Shown here one piece after another: positions 36,137-48,267 of a stretch of DNA of 64,000 bases. Origin of the DNA: Bilabrum cf. latius (lineage: Eukaryota); NCBI GenBank assembly GCA_965178125.1, contig OZ237745.1, positions 930,001 through 994,000 of the forward strand, written 5' to 3'. Within the stretch, counting starts at the first letter, position 1. Every line of letters begins with the position of its first letter. Under the pieces are notes generated by a model. The model was not told the origin of the DNA and made no database searches. It worked only from the letters and a program-made list of their open reading frames with translations. Both the position numbers and the translations under genes were made by a program.

Positions 36137-39100
36137 TCATTGCTTAACTTGCATCCACCGCTCCGTTTCAGCTGGACAGTTGTACGGGACCTCTCGATAC
36201 GGACAACAGAGCTGATCGCGACAGTCGTGCTCGATCTTTTCAGCTGCACTCTCCAAAGAATCCCGCTCGATATCGGCTGCACGATTCGCCCGAAGCCTAG
36301 CTGAGAGAACGCGGGCATCAGCAAAGAGAAATGACTCAAAGTCATCACCATGGAGCAGATACGCATCAGTCATATCCAATTCTCTCGTCCCCGTCGGCTT
36401 TCGGCCTCGCCTTACTGGCTTCGACTTGTCCTTCGTAAACAAATCTAGCACCCCCGGTGTCAACTCACGCGGGGTAGCAAGGATTCTGTACATTTTGACT
36501 TGGCTTCGGCTTACCCCTAGGACAGCCGAGTACCTCTCAGCAGCCCTACGCGTATTCTTGCAAGACAAAAGCGGCCTAACGTCCGACATCTTGATTGTGC
36601 CTGTGCCAGCTTTCACCTGGAAACGCAGCACATGGAACTGAGCGCTACTGCTCGCTGAACCATCGATATTCGCTTCCCCTTCTGGCTACTCAAGAACCAC
36701 GACAAGATCGCCACCAAAATCATCTGGTCTCTCCTTAAGTACTCTGTGAAGAAGTCCTTCCCTGCGGGCTACGGCGCCAGAACGACCATCCGCATTCAAA
36801 TCAATCGAATTGGTACCCCCAAAGCAGGCTGCTCGGTCGTGGAAAGCGACCTTGTAGCCCGTCTTTCTGGTCCAAGCGGATCGCGGCACTGGCACAATGC
36901 CCTTGTCTAGCACGCGAGAAACGAGATTTCGGCACAGCGACTCGGCAACGACAAGCTCGTAGTCTTCGCCTTGGGTACCCTCCTGAAAATGCAGCGCCCA
37001 GTACTCCCGTCTCGTCAGCTAGAGACTTCTCATCAAATCGAAGCGACGCGCGAGGTAGGCAAACAAACCGTTGAGCACATCGACTTCGCCGAGCTCATGT
37101 GGGGTTGCTGGCGAAAACATCTTGAATTCGAACTTTGATCGATACCCTATGAGCTGCCTGTCTCGCCATTCCAACAACTTACTGTCTAGATAGCTCGCCA
37201 CAGATACTTGGTGATCCAAAGCACAGGCTTTTTCTCCTTCCAGGCGGATTGTTTCGTCCTCAAATTGGGTGTGATCCACTGATGCTTGCAGAGCACGTCC
37301 ACACTCGCGAACCAAAGTCTCAAAACTAACAGATGGCGGTCGATCCAGCGGATTACTTTGGAGCACACGGTACCAGTTCGGCTGCAGACGATCCAATGAA
37401 CAAATCGCCGCCAACACGACATCCCGAAAGTTATCCGTATTGAGCTGCATCATTTGAAGCCATTCTCGTTGTTTTGCTGACTCCTATTCACGCTAGTTCA
37501 CATCGTGCAGAGTGCGAGCAAGCATCCCAGTTTGCCAAATCCTTTGGATCATCTTGATCCGTGAGGCTATGGCAACGCGAAGGACTTGCTTGTCCGAAAG
37601 AATTCGCCTCGCTTGTGTCAACGTGAGACGTCCTGCAAGAGAATTCGTATAGCAGGGAGCAATGTCCACATCGGCAGACGATTCACCAGCATCTTTCGAC
37701 TTTATAGTAGCAACTACTGCGTCAATACTGGGACTTGTGACCACACCTGTTGTCTTCCAGAACTTCTTAGACGCTGTGAAGTCGTCAAATGGCGCGTCAA
37801 AGTCAGACAGTTCGGAGTGGTGCGAACTTTGCTCCTGCTCAAAATGGTTCACGATGGCCAATGCCAGTGCCAACACTGCATCCTCTGGAAACACACTCTC
37901 GATGCGCTCCTACAAGACAGCCTGGCCAACGTCAATGTCACCGTGCTACTGACGGGGGCGCCACTTCTCCACATCCTCCCGGGGTTCAGCGGCCTCGCTT
38001 TCGATGAGGTTGCGACTGGCCGTGGCCAATGGATGCCGCAGAAACATTAGGTGCAGCTCAGCCTCGCTGTACTAATAATCCAACCATAAATTTTTAAACT
38101 TGTCTCGCTGCAAAGTGCAGCCACCTTCATCGACGGGTCTCTCGTATACAACCTCACCAAGCTCAGCTGAGGTCCCTGTTAGCACAGTCATTGGGAAATC
38201 GTCCAGTTGAAGGCTCGGATCCAGCTGCTTCCAAAACAATCGAGACCTCTGTGCTCTGAAGTCTAGCATTGTATGTTTTGAGCCTCCTGCATATCGTTTT
38301 AGCGACATGTCGTGAACCTCGTCAAACACAATTAAGCAATCTACGCCGGCTTTGCGGAGCCAGTTGGCCAAGACGTCAGGCTTGAAGGCTTCTTTCGCTC
38401 CTACGAGGGCCCACTTTGGCACGCCACCATGGCGATCAAACACTTTCGCCTATTTCAGACCGGCTGCGATAAACGCAGCAGGAACCGCACCTTGCAGCAT
38501 GTCGAGAGTAGGGGAAGCCGGATTCCCAACATAGATGCCGATGTGGTCCGTGCCATTATCGAGGGCCCAACCTGCCAACTGCTTACCGAAAACGACATTT
38601 TTCACCAATTGAGACTTACCAAAACCTTTGAAACCCATGAGAGTACCACCGCGAACAATGTTGTATGGCGCTCGAAAGCAGTCGAGGAGCAGTTGCTGCA
38701 GCATACTCTCTCGAGGCGAGCCCAATACCGCATCCACAATAGGGTAGGGTAGAATACCGCCATGAACACTACTGCTTCCTGTGTACACGAACGCGTCTCC
38801 AATGAGGCGAAGGCACGACCGGACGGCTGCAGCCAAGCTGTGGTGATCACCTGTGGCACTACTGCGTATCTCCTAGATAATCGCTGTCTTGAGCGTCTGG
38901 CCTCGAAAAGGCTTGGGAATTTGGAACTTTGAAGTCGTAGCAGCTTCGCTCAGGGCGGTCACGATGGGACCAACATCCACCACGGTGATCTAGCTCGCAT
39001 CGTCTAGGTAGTTCAGGTCAGGCCAGCCTTGTGACCTCAGATTCGACTCTAGCCAGCTTTCGACGTGGGCCTCTATGTCTGCATGATGCTTCAAAGCAAG

Positions 39101-39874
39101 ATCTCCCCGAAGGTGTCCAATAATCGCGTCCTCACCAAGGAATGGCAACAGTCCAAGATCAGCAAGCCACTCCAAATCACTCTGAAATGACTAGTCAAGG
39201 CCCAGCAATTCGTGTAAAGGGGTACCATGTGTCTCGCTTTGCCCGAAAATATCACGAACAGAGGCTGCTGCTAATTGTTGGTCGGTATCAAGGTTCTCTG
39301 CGATGAACATGGCTGCGGAGTACGCCCGGGGGATGTCTCGAACTGCAACACCGCCAGACTATCGGCAAACCCTCCGGAGGAAATGCTGATCCAGTGCAAG
39401 CAAAATAGATCGATAGCTACCAGTCCTCCATGAAGCAGCCATTCTCGACGTCCAAAGCTGCTGAACTTCAAAGCCTTCTCTCTCGAGAATTGGAGCAGCT
39501 TGAGGCACTGCGGTTGAGTGGGCTGTCGTATGCATGCGTCCGGCCCGCACAAAACAACTTGAATTTTGCGGCGAATGAAGGCTCAAGACGGGCTGAACAC
39601 TGCTTTGCCAAGCTTGCTGCGCGATGAAACCACAAAACAACCAAGACGACTGTGGTGATACCCACGTTCCAAAGATGGCCAGAAAAGACCTGCAAGTTAA
39701 ACATAGACGCTTGTATTTAAGCCCATGAGACTCAAAGTACAACTTGGAACTAATCATTCTCACGAGATATTGTCGCGTGCGGTGAGCGGTCGTTCGCCCT
39801 ACGTGCCTACTAGTAGTACAGGACACGAGTGCTCTGCCAGTGAGGCACAGCCTGAGGCGCTGAGAAACTCGCAT
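36137..39874 (-). CDS. Crinkler/RHS-like P-loop NTPase + restriction-endonuclease-fold protein (start uncertain; up to ~1245 aa)
   Basis: Eight ORF pieces in one frame joined by about 12 TAGs. Walker A GFKGFGKS, Walker B LIVFDEVH, and a C-terminal PD-(D/E)XK-like DFGGDLVVV...RFQVKAG; TGA stop. Confidence 0.6.
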
Positions 39875-39977
39875 CCATAGGGCTTATTATGCAAAAAGCA
39901 CCAGCCAACTTCGATGTCTACCCGGACTCAGCTAATCAGCCGGAATAGTGCTTGGAATCCTTGCGAAAGTAACATTT

Positions 39978-42900
39978 TCAGGTGCCTCATGACCGGAGTC
40001 GACCAGTGGCAGGCACCATGGCCGGAGTTCGGATTGCACACCAATTATATCAGCTCTTAATCACCCGGTCGGAACAAGATGCCGCGCACTGTTTCAAACT
40101 TTGTTATACCTTCAATGTCTCTGCCTAGTGCTAGGAAGAGTGCAGTACAAAGAGTTGTTCAAGCAGCCGAAGCGCTGCTTGTTGGCATCGAGCAACATGA
40201 GATGGGCGCTAGGATGTATGAAGACATGATTCTGACTCCCAAGAGGGCATTCAAGTATAGATTTATTCGTGAACAAACAACTGGGTCCAATGGATTAACG
40301 ATTGAGTAGGCATGCAAGTCGATTTCGTTCACCGTCAGGGCAACGGACGGGAACCACGAGACAGACACAGTTTCGGAAACCAGCTATCACGAGTGGCAAG
40401 AAGCTCTGGCGCAAGGCAAACCAATGCAGAAAAATGGAGGATAGGCCCCATTTTTACCTTATTGGGTTCAGAAGGTGTGCGCTTGCGGATTCGAGTAGCT
40501 AGCAAAGTTCGGAGCTGGGGTGACGGTAGCGAGAGGACGAGCCCTACTTGCTGCGATTGCTACGCGCGCGCACCTGCGATCCCGTGAGTGGATGCCGAGC
40601 TACAAGTCATATCGAAACTTTCTGGTTAACTTTGGTCTTGCTATCAAGAAGGATGAAGACAAAGAATCAAGCCGTAAGCAGGCCGAAGCAGCGTAGTTGC
40701 AGTAGGAGTTCATGGTCAAGCTGTGCGCCCTTTTCGGGTACTCGATCGATAAAAAGACGGGCAAAGTCAAAATCGGTCGGCGGAAAGTGGATCCTAGATT
40801 TATATTCAATGCGGACGAGACCATGCTGCAACTGTACCGCGCTGCGGCAGGAATTATCTCCAGCAAGGAGCTTGGACGCGTGAATGGGAATAGACCTGAG
40901 TGGAACAAGAAGACCGCAACCTTCTTGCCAATAGTTAGTGCTGCTGGGACGTTTGCTGTATGCATGTTGATATTCTAGGCCGGAGGGGAAGTCACGAAAA
41001 AAGAGCGTGAGGCGTCTGCTGCAGCAGCTTAGCGCGCTGAGGAGGCGTCTGCAAGGGCTGAGGAGCACTTGCACGCGGCCGCTAAGCAGCTGCGCCAAGC
41101 GCAGCAAAAGTTCACCAGAAAGCGACGGACTACCAGGGAGCCATCCTCCGGGGCCGGGGCCGGCTAGGCTCCCATGGACGAGGACTGCAGCGGGACGGCA
41201 GCGAGCTCCTCCAGCTCGGCTGCCGCGGCGGCAGCGGTCTCCCCGGTGCAACAGCTGGTGCGTGATTTCGAAAGCGTACAATAGAGGGTTGCTGCATACG
41301 GTGGTGTTCCTAGTCTCGATGCGTAGGCCGATCTCATCTCACTTCAGAACGCTTTACGGGCCAGGCAAGAAGGTGAGGCCTGCGCTCGCAAGGCGGAGGC
41401 AGATCTCCGGAGGGCGAGGACCAGGAGGAGCTCCAAGGCGAAATAGGACGACACCGCACCTACTACTGAGCTGGACTAGACCATTAAGTCCTTGTAGAAG
41501 GCGCTGAAGTGCGCCCGTTAGGCGCTTCGAGAGAAGCAAGCGGAGGAGCATGCACAGATTCTTAAGCATCGGCTGAACTCTGGGACTCGGAATGCTACCT
41601 CCTCCCAGCTCCGCGTCACTGCGATGCATGGCGAAAAGGCTTGCCCCCCACGATGCATCATCGGGTCGACTCCAAGTGGATGGTCAAACAGCTTCACGTG
41701 GAACTGTTTACTCGAGCACTTTGGCACCTGGCTCGTAGGATACAGGGCAGAATGCAGAGTGAAGGCGGACCACCCGGCGTACCTGCTGGTCGATGGGCAC
41801 GACACCCACTTCAACACCGCTGGGAAAAAAATTGCCAAGAAGCATGGCATTTAGATCCTACGACTGCCCCCGAATCTTTCGCACATCTTGCAGCCCCTGG
41901 ATGTTGGGGTGTTCGCCCCCTTCAAGAAGGCCATCAGGGCGGCGATGCGGTGGCTCGAGGAGCAGCAGGCCAGCAGCCGCCGCTAGCAGGAATACCAATC
42001 CATGCTGAGTCTTACTCAAGATGATGATTTGGAGGATGCTACAGATGCCAAACCTTTTCCAGGGGAAAGTATCACTCGAGAGATGGAAATCCGTAAAGCG
42101 TACGAGCTCGTGGATGGGGTGGAGGAGAAGGAGCGTGCCATCAGTGACGAGTGGATTCCCCTGATCATCAAGATCGCTGTGGACCGTGCGATGACCGAGA
42201 GCAACATCAAGGCGGGCTTCCGGAAGGCAGGGATATGGCCGGTTTGTCCTGCAGCGGCGTTCGAGTGGGTGCCAATCACCGAGACTGAAGATGAGGCCGC
42301 TGGTGGCCGGGATGCTGAGCAGGCCACCGGGGGCGCCAACCTCGACGACGCTGACCAGTACCTGAAGCCGCTGCATCACATGGCGGAGGTCATCAAGTCA
42401 GGTCCAAGTGCAGGACTAACTATTGAGGCCACCTGCTCACCAGTAGTACAGCCGGGCGCGAGCGCGCCCGGGAGCAGCTCAGCAAGCAGCTCGTCGTCCG
42501 CGCCAACCCCCCGGGACCAGCGGGCGAGCAGGCGTAGGTTGGGGGGGACCCCTACCGTCAAACTGGGCGATATCGGCTTCAATTCGCCTGAAAGCAGTTT
42601 TTTGAAGGAAGCCATTGCAATTGAGAAGGAATGCCGGGACAAAACGAACATGGACCTGGAGCGACGGCAGCTCAGGCTTGGAGGGACGTTGAAGTGCATG
42701 AGGCAGGCCATCTCGGTCGTTGCCGCCGAGGGCGCCCGTCAGTACGCGAACCGGAGCAGCGCCCGCGAGGAATTCAAAGATGGTAGCACATACAGCATAG
42801 TTGTTGCCGAGGATGCAGCGGATGGCCAAGCCAAAGCAGTCATTGCAAGGGCAGGAAAGAAGCAAGCCAAGGCCTCGGCTGAATCGGAGAAGCATGCAGC

Positions 42901-43613
42901 GCAGGTGACTACCAACAAGGCGTTACGCGCCAAAATAGTTGCTCAAGGGAAGGATAATGCCAAGTTGAAGAGAAGGGTGCGAGATGCGGAGAGAAAGCTC
43001 GCTGAAAAGAAGAGGGAAGCTCGACAACTGCAGAAGCAGAACCAAGCTCTGCAGGAACAGGTTCGTGAACTGCGACGTGTGCTCACTGGAGACAAGCGTC
43101 GCCGCCCCGTAGTCGACAGTGTGCCCCACAAGGAAGGTGTTGGCGGTAATCGCGGTAAGCTAAGCAACGATACTGGCGAAAAACGAGCTGGCAAACGCCA
43201 TCGCTGGGTTTCTGAGCGCGTTCGAGCAGCAGCTCTCGCTCAAATCGACACGAATACAAAATCTACTTGAGCGAAACGATAAAAATAATATACATATTTA
43301 CATTGATTCTCTCCAATGTGAAATATATAAGATTAATGGGACATACCATGGCCCAGAAGTGGACTCCGGCCATGCGTCCTGCCAGTCCAGAATGTGACGA
43401 TTTCGGCCGGGGAGCACCTAGCCCTCCTCTTTGACCCTCTGTATCTCAGGCTACAAGTGTTTCTGGGACTTCATACTCCACTTGTCGAATCAAAAACATA
43501 TTATAAATCCATGAAGTTGATTTTTGCTTTGATTTTACCCTAAATATACGATGAACGAGCCACCGTCTCAGGCGGCGATTTGATGCTTTCGACTCCGGTC
43601 ATGAGGCACCTGA
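39978..43613 (+). mobile_element. pogo-superfamily (Fot1-like, DD35D) DNA transposon with 25-bp perfect TIRs
   Basis: TCAGGTGCCTCATGACCGGAGTCGA at 39978-40002 and its exact reverse complement at 43589-43613. Imperfect subterminal inverted repeat ~40005-40030 vs ~43361-43386. Encloses the transposase ORF. Confidence 0.88.
40079..43270 (+). CDS. DDE_1 (pogo/CENP-B type) transposase, 1063 aa with TAG=Gln
   Basis: FIFNADET (D1), YLLVDGHDTH (D2), LPPNLSHILQPLDVGVFAPFK (D3, 35 residues after D2), NIKAGFRKAGIWP. About 16 in-frame TAGs, no TAA/TGA before 43268. Confidence 0.9.
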
Positions 43614-44368
43614 CGGTTGTGTTAAAATATCACGTTTCAGACCCTCGGAGGTCCGTGGTCCGTTCGCCAACGCACGCCTCTCGTGGTCTTCTGTGGCAAA
43701 GGCTCGCCTCTCCGTTGCCGCCTAGCACCAGCACGTGCGCGGGGAACAGCGTGTGTACCACACTATGTACTCACGGGTCATGCAGGACCACTCAAGGATC
43801 CTCGATTTTGTCTCGAAGGGATCGAGGAGGGCTGCAGCGAAGGCCAAACGGGCGCTCGCAAGGGCGGTCCGGGAGGACTTTGCCAGCCTGGCTGTAGGGG
43901 CAGCCGAAAACAACAACCTCGCCGTGGCGATCGCCAACGTCAAGGCAGGGTTGGCTTAGAACGGGCAGCAGGGCGGGGTGCCGGCAGCGGGCGCCGGAGG
44001 GAACGTGAACGCTGACGCTCCCCAGGGGGAAATGGGTCCCCAGGGTGGAGCTTAGGTGGTTTAGGCCATTGCAGCTGAAGCGTGAAGTCTGGTAGGTCCC
44101 GGGCCCTCGTTCCAGATTGGTTCCAGATGTTTCTTCGTGATAGCGTGCGCTTTTGAGTTGAGTTCACAAAATATCAGATCCCCCCCCGGTCCGTTCGTTC
44201 CCTTGCGCGTTGCAGTGTGTGTGTGTGTGTCCAAGATCCCCACTGCCACCTGCACCGCCAGCCTATCTCGTAGTTTGCCCCCGACTCCCAGCTAAGAACA
44301 AGCAGCAACACAAATCGCGGCAGCGCGTGCCGCAGTCATCTTGCACCCTCTCCTTGTTGTGCTCGCGC

Positions 44369-45388
44369 TCACTGGACATTGACCTACGTCCCATCATCCG
44401 GCTCAGGGCTCTCCGTCTTGCTCATACGCACCTCGAGCACCCCGTCGTGCAGCCTCGCCTCGATGCTCCCCTCGTCAGCGTCCTTGGGCAAGGGCAGCAC
44501 CCGACGCACCATGCCGTAGGACCGCTCCGTGTGATAGTACACGAGCCCGTCCTCCTCGTGCACCTCGTCCTCAGGGCTGTCGGCCGCGTCTGGCCTGTCG
44601 CCGTGCTCCGCCTGCAGAATCAGCTCCCTGTCCTTCACGATCACCTTGACGTCTTTCTTCCGCACTCCAGGCAAATCTGCCTTGACAACGTAGCGGCCAT
44701 CGTGCTCTGCCAGGTCGACAGCGATTTCGCGGGGCACCATGTGATCCAGGCTGTGGCCCAGCTTGCGGAGTGGCGCAGCTAGGCCCCACCCAGCGCCGGA
44801 CCCGCTCCACGGCTCTGCTGCCGGGGCCCCATGCGGCACCTCATCGCCCTCTTGGCCCTTCGACTGCGTGGCGTCCTTGCTATTCTCGCCGCTTGAGCGT
44901 GAGCTGGAGCTGGAGCTGTCTGCCCCTGAGTTGCGACCAGTGCGGCTGCCGCTGCTGTGGGATGACTAGCCGCCCATCTCCTCCCGCACGCCTTTCATGA
45001 GGCGGTTCATCCGGCGGTCCATCTGCTCGTATGCATCCTCCACTGCGTTTTCGACGTCTCGGAAGAAAGATCGCGGGCGGGAGAGCAGAGAGCGCGAGTG
45101 TTCGCTCCACGCATGGCCATCGTCACCGGCCTTCCGGCGCCTCGTGTCCCTCGAGCTCGAGTGGGCAAAGCGCGCTGCTGGCATGGGCTAGTCATCCAGG
45201 TTGGCATCGTCAGGTGTGTTTGTCTTGCCGGCAGCAGCGGCTGGTGATGCGACGCCTGGCTTGCCGTGACGGTGGATGGACGCGCTGGCTGACGCCGATG
45301 TTCGAAGCAGAGCGCGCATGTTCGTTTGCTTGCTGGCTCGGGCAATGGCCCTCGTTGCACTGGATATAGTTGTCCTAATAGAATGCAT
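44369..45388 (-). CDS. Small heat-shock protein (HSP20/alpha-crystallin domain), probably mitochondrial
   Basis: VDLAEHDGRYVVKADLPGVRKKDVKV...ERSYGMVRRVLPLP...ARLHDGVLEV. Arg/Ser/Ala-rich presequence MHSIRTTISSATRAIARAS. Read-through of TAG 44384 gives the C-terminal V-x-V motif (VNVQ-TGA). Confidence 0.88.
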
Positions 45389-46079
45389 GTCTGCTCTTGT
45401 TGCAGTATGCGTCTTATAGTGAACTACTTGTATGGATGTGCACATTCGCGAGAATGCGGCTGGGCAGAACCGGAACCCCCGGGGCCGCTGGCGGGAACAG
45501 TGGCTGACGCGGCACCCGCCGAGTAGAATGGTATCACCGCACGGCGGACACAGCGTATCAGAATTAGCAGGCTGTGCATGCAGAGTAAAAGGCATGCAGC
45601 AGAATGTGCTGTCAACCCCCGGGCCCTATCCAGTCAGGCCTCCATGACCATAGCGGTAGCGGTGGCCGAGGGTAGCTCAACTTGAACAGAGTAGCAGCGA
45701 ACCCCATGCTGGGACAACGGTGCAAGAAGGATTTCTGGTAAACAAGGCTTAATAATTCTTGTCTAATTGAAAACCTGTATCGACTCGAGTTGGGCACTAG
45801 TTGACTCGCCGTGGCCGCCGGCGGGGGCGTGCGGTTACAACCGGTCAGGCGTGCGACCGAAAGACTTTCACCAAGTCATTTTTTCCACGACGACCCCGGG
45901 CGCATCAGAGTCTAGGAACCCATTCTGTATTGCTAATGTGCTTTGGCAAAAGGCAGGCGCTGAAAGGTCCATCTGTATCAGCGCGAAGTCTCCGCGATGC
46001 CGAACACTCGAGCCAGATTCACGGTCTCCTACTCGAATAGCATGAGAAACGCAAGTTTGAAGACCCTGTATCAAATTTT

Positions 46080-48174
46080 ATGGAATGTAAGAAGCCATGA
46101 CGTGCGCCACGGAGGATTATGCGTCGGTAGATTCTGCCACAAAACTCCCGGTTCAAGTCAGCTACCGCACTTCTTCGCAGTTGTGCAGCATCCGTACGAG
46201 AACACGTCGCACTGGCGGGAAATCGTCAAGCAAGATGAAGTTGGAAGCCTAGGTGAAGGCCGAAAGACCTTTTGCGGGGCGACTCTTGAAGACCATCGTT
46301 TGCAGATGGTCCTCGTTTTGCTCATTATTATCGATTTGATGTGCGTGTTTGGCGAGCTTTTGTTGCACTACACATCTGAAGATGAGTCTGATGACCATGG
46401 TGACTCTGGTGGCAACTCGACTGCCGGTGATACACACACAGGTGACGGTCACGCCCGCGCGCGAGTACTGAGCTCAAGCAGCGAACACTCATCGCTCACG
46501 CACGATGTTGAGCACGTGTTGCACATCATATCGCTAACGATCCTGTCTATTTTCGGCGTGCAATAGTTGGGGCTTCTTCTCAATTACGGGTGGGAGTTCT
46601 TCCGGCACCCTTTCTTCGTGCTGGACCTCGTGGTGGTCGCGACCGCGATAATCCTGGAGTCGCTTGGTGACCCGGAGGGCGGCCTGCTGGTCGTGATCAT
46701 GCTCTGGAGAGTTATTCGAATCATCCATGGATTTGCTCTCACCATAGAGTCCGATGCAGAGCGGACGGAGAAGTACGAAGAGTCACTGCGAGAGTCTCTG
46801 AACTCGCTCGCGGCTGCTCGCCTGCGGGGCGAAGCACTTGCCGCGACCTCCAGGGTGCTCCTCTACCGGCTCGCGTGCCTGCGGTCGGGCCTCAAGCCGC
46901 CTGCCATCATGCTACATGACATTACCACAGATGCGGTGCGCAAGGTGCTCAGGTAGCTCGACCTGGAGGCGCTGGCATCTGGCGATGGTTTGGAAGGAGA
47001 AGGGGAGGACGGCAGCGAGTCACCGGGGATCAAGGAGATCAAGCCACGTGGATCTGGGGCCGCGGGCGCACCAAAAGGAAGTGCTGCAAGGACCGATGCG
47101 GAGGATGCAGCAAAACAAGCCGCTGATGGCGCCTCGGCTCCCAGGCTGGATCGTGCTGGGAGCCCTGGTGCTGGCTCTGGGCAACCAGCGCCGGCAGCAG
47201 CCACGGAAGGCGAGAGCGACCGCGAGACGGCTCACGGCGACGCCTCAGAGGACGGATCGCAGAGCGTTTTCGCGCGTTCTCGAATCTCAAGCGTCGACGA
47301 GCACTTGCAGCGGTCGCTGGCCCCAGAGGCTCTAGCTCGCCTCAAGGAGGCCCTGAAAGCCAACCGCAAGCGGCTGGCTGCCGTGGAGAAGATGCTCATG
47401 GACAAGATGACAGACACGGTGCAGGCCTCGGGAGTGGACGACCCGGATGCCAAGCACCTAGGCGAGCACGTCGAGGTTCCAGTTTTCTTCCAGGCAAGGA
47501 AGGCCTTCTTGTACGAGGTGGCGGGCATGCTGCAGAACTGGCTGCTTCAGGACGCCGACACGCACTGGATCCGCCTCAACAAGGCCATCCATGAGCTGCA
47601 GGGCGTTGACGCGGAGCAAGTGAAGCAGGCCATGGAGACTAGCCCCCATGCCGACTGCATCGAAGAGTTGGTGCGGCAGCGCGTGAAGAGCACGGCTGAT
47701 AGCGAGGACTTCGATCTGGAGATGGGCGGTGGACAGGCGGGCGGGCAGCCTGATGGCACTGCCCCTGGGCCCGCGAGGCGGCAGTGGAGTGGGACATCAG
47801 GCATTGTTGCGAGCAGCAGGGTGAGAAAGGTCTCCCTGGGGCCTGAGCTGCTGATGGACGACGGCGACGATGCAATGCAAGCACCCATCGTGGCTCAGGT
47901 CAGCGAGCGCGGTCCGTAGCCGGTGACGTCGCCTACCTGGAGCAGAGGAGGTCTCGCAGCGTCCACTGACCCGAGGCACGTGCACGTGCGCGTGGCTTCG
48001 TGCTCCCAGTTCATCGGGGAAGAGGCGGCAGAGGGCATCGGTGCGAGCTCGCAGTCCGTGCCGGTTACACAGAGCATGGTGGAGGGGCTCATGGAGAGCT
48101 ACCACCAGAGGCTGGAAGGGTGCACGCTGTCGCGCTCGCCGCGTGATTCTGGCTCGAAAAAGTAGAACGAATGA
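46080..48174 (+). CDS. Voltage-sensing-domain protein, Hv1 proton channel-like, with long C-terminal tail
   Basis: S1 LIIIDLMCVFGEL, S3 FFRHPFFVLDLVVV, S4 LLVVIMLWRVIRIIHG. TAGs at 46564, 46954, 47917 and 48163; TGA at 48172. Probable intron 46087-46180 (alternative start 46042). Confidence 0.75.
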
Positions 48175-48267
48175 CTTGCATTTGTTGATGGTGCACTCGA
48201 GCAGGACCTTCAGCACGAATGACACGATCCAACCTCCGATCCGAGACACATCCCCTCCTCCCCAACG

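Noticed and set aside
43614-44084. Short + strand frame right of the TIR (open with TAG read-through to a TGA near 44082)
   Set aside because: No recognisable domain or clear start, and it does not rejoin an ORF left of the element. Possibly a remnant, but unsupported.
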